Positions 1 through 8,669 of a stretch of 64,000 bases of DNA are shown one piece after another (position 1 is the stretch's first letter; every line of letters starts with the position of its first letter). The position numbers were made by a program, and so were the translations under genes. The notes under the pieces were generated by a model. The model made no database searches, had not been told where the DNA came from, and saw only the letters and a program-made list of their open reading frames with translations. Source of the stretch: Myxococcales bacterium (GTDB taxonomy: Bacteria > Myxococcota_A > Polyangia > Polyangiales > DASUME01). Where the stretch lies: positions 5,856,001 through 5,920,000 of the forward strand of contig JASGJH010000001.1 in assembly GCA_047601445.1 (NCBI GenBank), in the 5' to 3' direction.

Positions 1-43
1 CGCTCCCCCGCCGGCCCGCGAATGTGGTCGGCGCGACGATTAA

Positions 44-60
44 TTGAAAACTGTTTTCAA
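44..60. promoter_or_regulatory. Perfect AT-rich palindrome TTGAAAAC-T-GTTTTCAA, putative Fur/Zur-family operator
   Basis: 8-1-8 inverted repeat in an AT-rich patch of a GC-rich genome; resembles TTGAAAATnATTTTCAA-type Fur-family boxes. Confidence 0.5.
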
Positions 61-107
61 CAACAAGCAGGATCTATCCCCAATAGACGGCGCAGGCAAG
101 CTAATTG

Positions 108-126
108 GAAATCGATAATCGATTTC
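108..126. promoter_or_regulatory. Perfect 9-1-9 palindrome GAAATCGAT-A-ATCGATTTC, putative regulator operator (Fur-like)
   Basis: 19-bp 9-1-9 geometry typical of Fur-family boxes; similar to the palindrome at 31861-31879. Confidence 0.5.
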
Positions 127-681
127 ATGTATGCGAGAATTGGCCGAGCTCGGGTCTCAACGGTGCCTGGGCACGCTCCCTCTTGCTCGACTTCATGGCG
201 CGCAGGAGGGCAACGTCTGTTCGAGGGCTCGCGCTTGCAGGGCCGCTGCAGTCTTGTTCGAGAGCACGCGGCGATGACGGATTGGCTCGAGTGACCACTC
301 GGAGAAAAGGCACGTGTGGCGTCGTCAACCCATCGACCCGCGTCTGCACGCTAGAGGGAACTGCTTTGCCTTCCGATGTAACGCCGAAACGCCGTGATCA
401 GACCGGGCCGCAAGGCCCGAAAAGACAGTCCGTAAATGCTTTGCACGACATAGCCCGCCCTTTTCACGACATGGCGAGCGAGGGGACGTGAACCACGGGT
501 TAACAGTTTTGGGCCAAGCCTTCGCGCGCTGCTGACTGACGCGAGGGGAAATGCGTGAGTACGCCGTTCACTAGCGTGACTGCTTGGGAAACTTCGGTAG
601 ACACACCGTAAATAAAGCCGCGCTTACTGGCTCAAGCGCCCGAGTCGCGTTCGACGCACTGGCTTCGACCTGGGGGGGTCT

Positions 682-2682
682 ATGTTGTTCCTCGGCAGTT
701 TCTTACTTGCGGGGTCGCTCTGGGCTAGCCCGCTCGCACTACTGATTCTCGTTCACCCGTGGCTTTGCGTCGTCGGGGGCATGGTGTGCTTGGCCGTTCC
801 ATGCCTTCTCCTTCACTTGATACGGCGCCGCGTGTCCCGTGTTCCCCGCATCGATCCGGCCGCCCTCCTGATTTGCGTGTTCTTCGGCTTCGCTGGCGTG
901 GCCCTGCTGGCCGCCTCCACGCTCACGGCTGAGGCCCTGGTGGCGGCGCCGTTGATGACCAGCATCCGTGTGGCCAATACCCTGGTGGCCATGATGCTGT
1001 GCGTGGCCCTGGTGCACGAGGTTCATGTGGCCTCACGCGAGCCCGTGGCAGCCCACTACCGGCAGAACCTCGAGCGGGAGGTCGACAATCACCGCCTGGC
1101 CGAGGTCAGCTTGCGCCGCAACGAGGCCCGCTATCGCAGCTTGATCGACGCCTCGTGCTCCCTGGTCTGGGTGACCGATCAGCTCGGGCAGAAGATGGTC
1201 GATGGTGGCGGAGTCCAGGACCTCACGGGCGGTCTAACCAACGGAGAGCCGCTCGAGTGGCCGCGTGTGATTCACCCGTCCGACCTGACCTCCTTCGTGA
1301 CCCGCTGGCGAGCCGGCATCGCAAGCGGCCGCGCCTTCGAGGGCGAGGCTCGTTTCGTGAGCGACGGCGACCAGGACTACCGCACGTCCCTGGTGCGCGC
1401 CGCCCCCGTGCTGGGCGACGACGGCAGCGTGGCGGAGTGGGTGGTCTCGCTGCGCGACATCGACGAGATCAAGCGCACCGAGAGCGAGCGTCGAAACCTG
1501 CAGCAGCGCGCCCTCGAGTCGAAGCACTTCGAGAGCCTGGGCGTGCTCGCCGGCGGTCTGGCCCATGACTTCAACAACTTACTCGTGGGCGTGATGGGGC
1601 ACGCCGAGCTCATCGCGCGCCGCGTGGAGGCGAACTCGCCTCTTCAAGAGAACGCCACCTGCATCGTGGACTCGGCCGAGCGCGCGGCTCAGCTGTGCAA
1701 GAAGATGCTGGCTTTTGCCGGCAAGGGCCGCTACCTGCCCGAGCGCAGCGAGCTCGCCATCGTGGTGAAGAACATGCAGCAAAGCATGGTCGCGAGCATG
1801 CCCAAGCACATCAAGCTCAGCTTCGAGCACCAAGAGAACGTGCCCTCGGTGGACATCAACCCGGACGAACTACGTCAGCTGCTGGCGATCTTCGTCACCA
1901 ACTCGGTGGAGGCCCTGGAGGCGCGCACGCGCGGGCAGATCCGAGTCGTCACTGGGAGTCGCTTCTTTTCGGCCGAGGAGCTGGCGCTGACCAAGCTCGG
2001 TTCGGCGTGCCTCGAGGGGGTGTATGCTTTCCTGGAAGTGCACGACGATGGTCCGGGGATTGCGCCGGACATCATGCCCAAGATCTTCGAGCCCTTCTTC
2101 TCCACCAAGTTCCTCGGACGTGGCTTGAGCCTGGCCGCCGCGCTCGGCATCGCGCGCACCCACGCGGGCACCGTGGACATCACCTCGCGTCAGGGGGCGA
2201 CTTGCGCGCGCTTGCTCTTGCCTGTGCTGCGCCCGGACAGCGACATCAACCAGCTGCGCCCCGTGGTGGGTCGCGAGGCACAGGGCACTGTGCTCGTGGT
2301 GGACGACGACACGGACGTGCGAGAACTCGCGCGGCTCACCCTGGAGGACATCGGAGTGCGCGTCATGACCGCCAGCTCGGGCGAAGAGTGCGTGAAGATC
2401 TATCGCGAGCTCCACGCCGAGATCGACCTGGTGCTGCTCGACCTCACTATGCCCGGCATGGACGGCGCAACGGCGCTCCGGGCACTGAGCGAGATCCAGC
2501 CTGGCGTACGCGTGATCCTCACGAGTGGCTATCTCGCCGCCGACGCCATCGAGCGCATCGGTGCGCAGGGGGTGGAGGGCTTCGTGCAGAAGCCCTGGCG
2601 TCCCAGCGCGCTGGCCAAGCGCATGTCGAACGCGCTGGCGCGGCGTGGCGAAGCCCTCTGGGCCCGCGCGGAGCGGAACTAG
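682..2682 (+). CDS. Membrane-bound hybrid sensor histidine kinase/response regulator (TM-PAS-HisKA-HATPase-REC)
   Basis: N-terminal TM helices, PAS (VIHPSD), H-box LAGGLAHDFNNLL, DDGPG and FSTK boxes, receiver VLVVDDD...DLTMPGMDG...KP. Confidence 0.92.
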   Translation: MLFLGSFLLAGSLWASPLALLILVHPWLCVVGGMVCLAVPCLLLHLIRRRVSRVPRIDPAALLICVFFGFAGVALLAASTLTAEALVAAPLMTSIRVANTLVAMMLCVALVHEVHVASREPVAAHYRQNLEREVDNHRLAEVSLRRNEARYRSLIDASCSLVWVTDQLGQKMVDGGGVQDLTGGLTNGEPLEWPRVIHPSDLTSFVTRWRAGIASGRAFEGEARFVSDGDQDYRTSLVRAAPVLGDDGSVAEWVVSLRDIDEIKRTESERRNLQQRALESKHFESLGVLAGGLAHDFNNLLVGVMGHAELIARRVEANSPLQENATCIVDSAERAAQLCKKMLAFAGKGRYLPERSELAIVVKNMQQSMVASMPKHIKLSFEHQENVPSVDINPDELRQLLAIFVTNSVEALEARTRGQIRVVTGSRFFSAEELALTKLGSACLEGVYAFLEVHDDGPGIAPDIMPKIFEPFFSTKFLGRGLSLAAALGIARTHAGTVDITSRQGATCARLLLPVLRPDSDINQLRPVVGREAQGTVLVVDDDTDVRELARLTLEDIGVRVMTASSGEECVKIYRELHAEIDLVLLDLTMPGMDGATALRALSEIQPGVRVILTSGYLAADAIERIGAQGVEGFVQKPWRPSALAKRMSNALARRGEALWARAERN

Positions 2683-2724
2683 GGACACCCCGACACCCCG
2701 TAGAGCGCAGATTGGGTCGGCGCT

Positions 2725-3669
2725 CTAGCGAGTGGCGGGGAAGTTACGACGCTTGAGCTCGTCAGCGAGCGATTCGAGCTTGGCCTGACACACGGCGTCG
2801 AGCTTGCGCTTCTCGCCGAGCGCGAGCGCAAGCGAGCGAGCGTCGGTGTTGCGGTGGGAGAGGGCGAGCACTTCCTGGTGCACGCCGTGAAAGCGCGCCA
2901 GCGCTTGGCGGGCTGGCTCGAGCGAGCCCTTCTTCGCGTCCGGATCGAGCTGGCGGGAGAGCTGGTCTAGCGCCGCAGACGCCTTGGTCAGTGACGTCGC
3001 CATCTCGGACTCGTAGCGACGCATCTCGTTCTCGTCGAGGGTCGCGATGTGAGGACCCTCGAGCACCTGGATCTCGCGGACCCCGAGCATCACGGCTTGC
3101 TTCAGGTTTTGGAGCTCGAACTCGTTCAATGCGTGCGTGCCTGGTACGCCGTCGAGCGCGCGCTCGAGCTCGTTCGCTGCCTGGGAAGCCGCTCCGAACG
3201 AGAGACGCTGGGCCTTGAGGTTGGTGTTCTCCACGGCGAGAGACAGGATCTCCTCATCGAGCTTTTGGCATTGGGTGAACTCGCTGCGGAACTCTCCGAC
3301 CAGCGCGAGCTCACCCCTGTAGTCGAGGTCCTTCACCAGCGACTCGAGTCGGTCGAGCCCGCTGCTCACTTGACGTGTCTCATCGCGCGCCTCTTGCGCG
3401 AACTCGCGCGAGAGCTCGTCCGTGTCCGCCAGGACCGCGCGGTGGATGGCGTCGCCGGCGCGCGCGAAGTGCACGCGCATCTCGCTGGATAGTTTGCGGG
3501 CCTCGAGCAGCTCGCTGAACGCAGGCGCGAGGTTGCCTCTGCAGGCGACAGCGAGCAGCGCCATCGCCGCGATCGCGATCCAGGCCGTGCCACGCAAGCG
3601 AGCACGGGGAACCCGGCGGAGACCTGGCTTCCCCCTGCTTTCGACCTGCGCTCGCGCTTGGCCTTGCAT
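2725..3669 (-). CDS. Putative lipoprotein made of chemoreceptor-like four-helix-bundle sensor domain(s), with no signalling domain
   Basis: Hydrophobic signal ending LLAVAC; all-helical body with two related halves (ILSLAVENTNLKA / VLALSHRNTDARS); start chosen at ATG 3669, uncertain. Confidence 0.7.
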   Translation of the reverse strand: MQGQARAQVESRGKPGLRRVPRARLRGTAWIAIAAMALLAVACRGNLAPAFSELLEARKLSSEMRVHFARAGDAIHRAVLADTDELSREFAQEARDETRQVSSGLDRLESLVKDLDYRGELALVGEFRSEFTQCQKLDEEILSLAVENTNLKAQRLSFGAASQAANELERALDGVPGTHALNEFELQNLKQAVMLGVREIQVLEGPHIATLDENEMRRYESEMATSLTKASAALDQLSRQLDPDAKKGSLEPARQALARFHGVHQEVLALSHRNTDARSLALALGEKRKLDAVCQAKLESLADELKRRNFPATR

Positions 3670-3751
3670 GTCTTCCTGCCTTACCACGCTCGCGCGGCTT
3701 GGCAGACTCGGTGGTGGGCGGTGGTTCGTGCGCCCGACGGGGCCAGGGCGC

Positions 3752-3799
3752 CTTGACACTTTCTTGATGCGCGCCGGGGACCCCTTGACGCCTCCTTGA
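3752..3799. promoter_or_regulatory. Four helically phased CTTGA direct repeats, putative KdpE binding sites
   Basis: CTTGA at 3752, 3763, 3784 and 3795 (11/21/11 bp spacing), upstream of the kdp operon; OmpR-family KdpE binds 11-bp-spaced tandem repeats. Confidence 0.6.
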
Positions 3800-3906
3800 G
3801 CGCTCGGAGCACTACAACGAAAGAGCGATGGGCCGCGCTGCTCAGCATCGTTCGCGAACGAAGCTCACCTCGCAGCGCTGGCACACGCACGGCCAAGGAG
3901 CGCCCT

Positions 3907-3987
3907 ATGGATCTCGTGTTCACTAGCCTCACGGTCGGGTTCTTTTTGGTGACCTGGGGCTTCGTCAAGTTGTGCGAGCACATCTAG
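3907..3987 (+). CDS. 26-aa single-TM microprotein upstream of kdpF (MDLVFTSLTVGFFLVTWGFVKLCEHI)
   Basis: AAGGAG RBS at 3895-3900, ATG 3907, hydrophobic helix, first ORF of the kdp transcript. Confidence 0.7.
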   Translation: MDLVFTSLTVGFFLVTWGFVKLCEHI

Positions 3988-4024
3988 TCGAGGCTGCGCT
4001 CGCTCGTGTGAATCGGAGGTTTCC

Positions 4025-4117
4025 GTGACTGCACTGCATGTCATCGGCGGCGGACTCTCGCTTGCCCTCTTGGTGTATCTGCTGTTCGCACTGCTCTACC
4101 CGGAGAAGCTGTCATGA
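4025..4117 (+). CDS. kdpF: K+-transporting ATPase subunit F (MTALHVIGGGLSLALLVYLLFALLYPEKLS)
   Basis: GGAGGT RBS, GTG start, KdpF motif YLLFALLYPEK, ATGA overlap with kdpA; below the ORF-track length cutoff. Confidence 0.9.
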   Translation: MTALHVIGGGLSLALLVYLLFALLYPEKLS

Positions 4118-5862
4118 CCTGGAACGCGGTCGTGCAATGCGGCCTCTATCTGACGGTGCTGACCGCACTCGGTCTGCCCCTCGGTAGCTACATGGCGCGC
4201 GTCTACACGGGCGAGGCACGAGTCGCCCAGCGCGTGCTCGGTCCGCTCGAGCGCCTGTTCTATCGGCTCGCCGGCGTACGCGCGGACGACGACATGGGCT
4301 GGCCGCGCTATGCGCTTTCCGTCCTGGTCTTCGGCCTGTTCGGGACCTTGGTGGTGTACGTGTTGATGCGGGTGCAGCACGCGCTTCCGCTCAACCCCGC
4401 GCAGATGCCGGCTGTCGATCCCGAGGTCAGCTTCAACACCGCGGTGAGCTTCGCCAGCAACACCAACTGGCAGGCCTACGGCGGCGAGAGCACGCTCAGC
4501 TACTTCACCCAGATGGTGGCGCTCACGGTGCAGAACTTCGTGTCTGCGGCGGCGGGCATGGCGGTGCTGGTGGCGCTGGTGCGCGGGTTCACGCGTCGTC
4601 AGGCGAGCGGCGTCGGCAACTTCTGGGTCGACATGACCAAGAGCACACTCTACGTGCTGCTTCCGCTGTCCATCGTGCTTGCCCTCTTGCTCGTCAGTCA
4701 GGGTGTGGTGCAGACCTTTGGCCCCTATGCGCATGCCAAGCTGCTCGAGCCGATCAAGCACGCGAACGGCACCACGATCAGCGAGCAAGTTCTGGCCCTC
4801 GGTCCGGCTGCCTCGCAAATCGCGATCAAGCAACTCGGCACCAATGGCGGCGGCTTCTTCAACGTGAACTCGGCGCACCCCTTCGAGAACGCCACGCCGT
4901 TCTCGAACTTCCTCGAGGTGCTGTCCATCCTGCTCATCCCGGCGGCCCTCTGTTTCACCTTTGGCGCGCTCATCAAGGATCGCCGCCAGGGCTTCGCGCT
5001 CTACGCGGCCATGCTGGCCATCTTCGTGCCGCTGCTCATCCTGTGCGTCGCTGCGGAGCAACACGGAAACCCCGTGCTCGGTGCGCTCGGCGTCGACCAG
5101 GCCGAGCACGCACTGTCGGTGGGCGGGAACATGGAGGGCAAGGAGGTGCGCTTCGGGATCGCCAACAGCGGACTGTGGGCGGTCGCTACCACGGCGGCCT
5201 CCAACGGGTCGGTGAATGCGATGCACGACAGCTTCACGCCGCTCGGCGGCCTCGTGCCGATGTGGTTGATGCAGCTCGGTGAGATCGTCTTCGGCGGTGC
5301 GGGCTCGGGGCTCTACGGCATGCTGATGTACGCCATTATCGCGGTGTTCATCGCCGGGCTGATGGTGGGTCGCACGCCCGAATACCTGGGCAAGAAAATC
5401 GAGGCCTATGAGATGAAGATGGCCTCGCTGGTGATCTTGCTGCCCGCAGCCGCGGTGTTGCTCGGCACGGCCATCGCGTGCGTGGTACCGGCGGGCTCGG
5501 CCAGCCTGGGCAATCCCGGGGTGCACGGCTTTAGCGAGATCTTGTACGCGTTCTCTTCCGGCAGCAATAACAACGGCTCGGCCTTTGGTGGCATCACGGT
5601 GAGCGGGATGTTCTACGCCACGGCCATCGGCATCTGCATGTTGATCGGACGCTTCTGGGTGATGGTGCCGGTGCTGGCCATCGCGGGCTCTCTGGCAAAG
5701 AAGAAACTCGTGCCGCCCAGCGCAGGTACCTTGCCCACGCACACCCCGCTCTTCGTGGGCCTCCTGGTGGGCACGGTGGTGCTGGTGGGAGCGCTCACCT
5801 TCATTCCCTCGCTGGCGCTTGGGCCAGTGGTCGAACACCTGCTCCTGCACACCCACGGCTGA
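4114..5862 (+). CDS. kdpA: K+-transporting ATPase subunit A
   Basis: SFNTAVSFASNTNWQAY, KQLGTNGGGFF, NSAHPFENAT, GRTPEYLGKKIE. Confidence 0.98.
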   Translation: MTWNAVVQCGLYLTVLTALGLPLGSYMARVYTGEARVAQRVLGPLERLFYRLAGVRADDDMGWPRYALSVLVFGLFGTLVVYVLMRVQHALPLNPAQMPAVDPEVSFNTAVSFASNTNWQAYGGESTLSYFTQMVALTVQNFVSAAAGMAVLVALVRGFTRRQASGVGNFWVDMTKSTLYVLLPLSIVLALLLVSQGVVQTFGPYAHAKLLEPIKHANGTTISEQVLALGPAASQIAIKQLGTNGGGFFNVNSAHPFENATPFSNFLEVLSILLIPAALCFTFGALIKDRRQGFALYAAMLAIFVPLLILCVAAEQHGNPVLGALGVDQAEHALSVGGNMEGKEVRFGIANSGLWAVATTAASNGSVNAMHDSFTPLGGLVPMWLMQLGEIVFGGAGSGLYGMLMYAIIAVFIAGLMVGRTPEYLGKKIEAYEMKMASLVILLPAAAVLLGTAIACVVPAGSASLGNPGVHGFSEILYAFSSGSNNNGSAFGGITVSGMFYATAIGICMLIGRFWVMVPVLAIAGSLAKKKLVPPSAGTLPTHTPLFVGLLVGTVVLVGALTFIPSLALGPVVEHLLLHTHG

Positions 5863-5874
5863 AAGAGATTGATC

Positions 5875-8034
5875 ATGACCTTACCTGGCAAAGTGTCGTC
5901 GGTGCAGGCCGTTCCAGCGGAGACGTCGCCCGCCTCTGCGGTGGACACGCTGGTCGCGTCGACTGCCAAGGCTCAAACGCGGCCACTGTTCGAGACGGCC
6001 ATCGTGCGTCGCGCCCTGCTCGACTCGGTGAGCAAACTCCATCCACGACACATGGTCCGCAACCCCGTGATGTTCGTGGTGGAGGTTGGCAGCGCGTACA
6101 CCAGCTTCCTGTTCGTGCACGCGCTGTTCACCGGGCATGGTGAGGCTTCGCCCTGGTTCATCCTGGCGGTCTCGATCTGGCTGTGGTTCACGGTGTTGTT
6201 CGCCAACTTTGCGGAGGCCATGGCCGAAGGGCGCGGCAAGGCGCAGGCGGATACCCTGCGCAAGGCGCGCAAGGACGTGATGGCCAAGCGCTTGAGCGAA
6301 GCCCGTCGCGGAGCCGACTACACGGAGGTGGTGAGCGGCCGACTGCGGGAGGGTGACGTCGTACTGGTCGACGCTGGAGACCTGATTCCAGGAGACGGAG
6401 AGGTGGTGGAAGGTGCGGCCTCCGTCGATGAAAGCGCCATCACCGGCGAGAGCGCTCCCGTGATTCGAGAGAGCGGTGGAGACCGCAGTGCGGTCACCGG
6501 AGGCACGCGCGTGCTCTCGGACTGGCTGATCGTGCGCATCACGGCCAACCCTGGAGAGACCTTCTTGGATCGCATGATCTCCATGGTGGAAGGCGCCAAG
6601 CGCAAGAAGACCCCCAACGAGATCGCCCTCGACATTTTGCTGGCTGGGCTCTCGATTATCCTGCTGCTCGCCACGGTGACCTTGCTTCCCTATTCGCTGT
6701 TCGCAGTGCAGACGGCGGGCGCCGGGATGCCGGTGAGTCAGACCATCTTGGTCGCGCTCCTGGTGTGCTTGATCCCGACCACCATCGGCGGACTCCTGTC
6801 CGCCATCGGCATCGCAGGCATGGACCGGATGATCCAGGCCAATGTAATCGCGACCTCCGGACGAGCGGTGGAAGCGGCGGGCGACGTGGACGTGCTCTTG
6901 CTCGACAAGACAGGCACCATCACGCTCGGCAACCGGCAAGCCACTGCGTTTCTGCCGGCGACCGGAGTGGGAGAGCGTGAGCTCGCGGACGCCGCTCAGC
7001 TCGCATCGCTCGCCGACGAGACCCCTGAAGGACGCAGCATCGTCGTGCTCGCCAAGGAGAAGTTCAACCTGCGTGGCCGCGACCTGCACCAGCTCGGCGC
7101 CCACTTCGTGCCCTTCAGCGCCGCCACTCGCATGAGCGGCGTGGACTTGAACGGCCAACGCATCCGCAAAGGCGCGGGGGAAGCCATCGAGCGCTTCGTC
7201 CAGGAGCAGCACGGTAGCTTGCCAGCCCAGGTGCGCGCGTCGCTCGACGAGGTGGCCAGGGCTGGCGGAACGCCGCTCGTGGTCGCCGACGGTGCGCGCG
7301 TGCTCGGTGTGGTGCACCTGAAGGACATCGTGAAAGGCGGCATCAAAGAGCGCTTCGTGGAGATGCGAAAGATCGGCATTCGCACCGTGATGATCACGGG
7401 CGACAACCCGGTGACGGCCGCGGCCATCGCGGCCGAGGCGGGCGTGGACGACTTCCTCGCCGAGGCCACGCCAGAGGCCAAGCTCGGCATGATCCGAGAG
7501 TATCAGGCCAAGGGTCACCTGGTGGCGATGACGGGTGACGGCACCAACGATGCACCGGCGCTCGCCCAAGCCGACGTGGCGGTGGCGATGAACACGGGGA
7601 CTCAGGCGGCCAAGGAAGCAGGCAACATGGTGGACCTCGACTCCAATCCCACCAAGCTGCTCTCCATCGTCGAGATCGGGAAGCAGATGCTGATCACCCG
7701 TGGCGCCTTGACCACCTTCAGCATCGCCAACGATCTGGCCAAGTACTTCGCCATTATCCCGGCCGCCTTCGCGGTCACCTATCCGCAGCTCGACGCGCTC
7801 AACGTGATGGGCCTGCACTCGCCCACCACGGCCGTGTTGTCTGCGGTGATCTTCAACGCACTCATCATCGTGGCGCTGATCCCGCTGGCGCTGCGCGGCA
7901 TTCGCTATCGCCCGGTGGGGGCGTCTCGCATGCTTCGCCACAACATCCTGGTGTACGGGGTGGGCGGCGTGGTGCTGCCGTTTCCTTTCATCAAGTTGAT
8001 CGACGTGCTGCTCACCGCCATCGGTGTGGGCTGA
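5875..8034 (+). CDS. kdpB: K+-transporting P-type ATPase subunit B
   Basis: TGES, DKTGTIT phosphorylation motif, [12 protein letters not shown]. Confidence 0.98.
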   Translation: MTLPGKVSSVQAVPAETSPASAVDTLVASTAKAQTRPLFETAIVRRALLDSVSKLHPRHMVRNPVMFVVEVGSAYTSFLFVHALFTGHGEASPWFILAVSIWLWFTVLFANFAEAMAEGRGKAQADTLRKARKDVMAKRLSEARRGADYTEVVSGRLREGDVVLVDAGDLIPGDGEVVEGAASVDESAITGESAPVIRESGGDRSAVTGGTRVLSDWLIVRITANPGETFLDRMISMVEGAKRKKTPNEIALDILLAGLSIILLLATVTLLPYSLFAVQTAGAGMPVSQTILVALLVCLIPTTIGGLLSAIGIAGMDRMIQANVIATSGRAVEAAGDVDVLLLDKTGTITLGNRQATAFLPATGVGERELADAAQLASLADETPEGRSIVVLAKEKFNLRGRDLHQLGAHFVPFSAATRMSGVDLNGQRIRKGAGEAIERFVQEQHGSLPAQVRASLDEVARAGGTPLVVADGARVLGVVHLKDIVKGGIKERFVEMRKIGIRTVMITGDNPVTAAAIAAEAGVDDFLAEATPEAKLGMIREYQAKGHLVAMTGDGTNDAPALAQADVAVAMNTGTQAAKEAGNMVDLDSNPTKLLSIVEIGKQMLITRGALTTFSIANDLAKYFAIIPAAFAVTYPQLDALNVMGLHSPTTAVLSAVIFNALIIVALIPLALRGIRYRPVGASRMLRHNILVYGVGGVVLPFPFIKLIDVLLTAIGVG

Positions 8035-8047
8035 AGGAGGGGCCGTC

Positions 8048-8635
8048 ATGAACTCATACGTGCGCCCGGGTCTCGTGTTGCTGGGACTCTTCACGTTGCT
8101 CACGGGTCTCGCCTATCCCGCGCTGGTCACCGTGCTGGCGCAAGCGGCGTTTCCCGGCGAAGCCAACGGCAGCTTGATCGAGCACGATGGATCCATCGCG
8201 GGTTCGCGGCTGATCGGCCAGCCCTTCGAGAGCCCCGGTTACTTCTGGGGGCGTCCCTCCGCCACTGCACCCGTGCCCTACAACGGCGCGGCCTCGAGCG
8301 GTTCCAATCAAGGGCCGCTCAACCCGGCCCTGAAGGAGGCGGTTGCCGCGCGCGTGGCGGCCTTGCGTGCTGCCGATCCGGGACAGCAAGATGCGCCGGT
8401 GCCAGTGGATTTGGTGACGGCATCGGGCAGCGGGCTCGATCCACACCTCTCCCCTGCGGCGGCGCGCTATCAGGTGCCGCGCGTGGCGCGCGCGCGTGTT
8501 CTCTCGGAGGCGACGGTCGCCGGGCTGGTGGAGCGCCACACGGAGGGGCGCACGCTCGGATTGTTGGGGGAGACGCGCGTCAACGTGCTCGAGCTGAACC
8601 TGGCCCTGGACGCGCTGTCCGCCAAAACGCGTTGA
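8048..8635 (+). CDS. kdpC: K+-transporting ATPase subunit C
   Basis: [51 protein letters not shown]. Confidence 0.97.
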   Translation: MNSYVRPGLVLLGLFTLLTGLAYPALVTVLAQAAFPGEANGSLIEHDGSIAGSRLIGQPFESPGYFWGRPSATAPVPYNGAASSGSNQGPLNPALKEAVAARVAALRAADPGQQDAPVPVDLVTASGSGLDPHLSPAAARYQVPRVARARVLSEATVAGLVERHTEGRTLGLLGETRVNVLELNLALDALSAKTR

Positions 8636-8669
8636 GCTGCGCCTTTTCGGGGGTAGGGTAGGAGTCGAC

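Noticed and set aside
22..491. Short ORFs in the first 500 bp
   Set aside because: No evident codon bias or motifs; they overlap AT-rich palindromic sites, so the region is probably regulatory
3879..3894. TGGCACACGCACGGC sigma54-like site before the kdp microprotein
   Set aside because: The -12 element lacks TTGC and abuts the RBS; kdp operons are normally KdpE/sigma70 controlled
4096..8103. Long antisense ORFs (586 and 740 aa) opposite kdpA/kdpB, and similar ones opposite the STK, RND, NrtA and dnaK genes
   Set aside because: Typical shadow ORFs of high-GC3 coding strands; His/Arg/Gly-rich with no domain motifs
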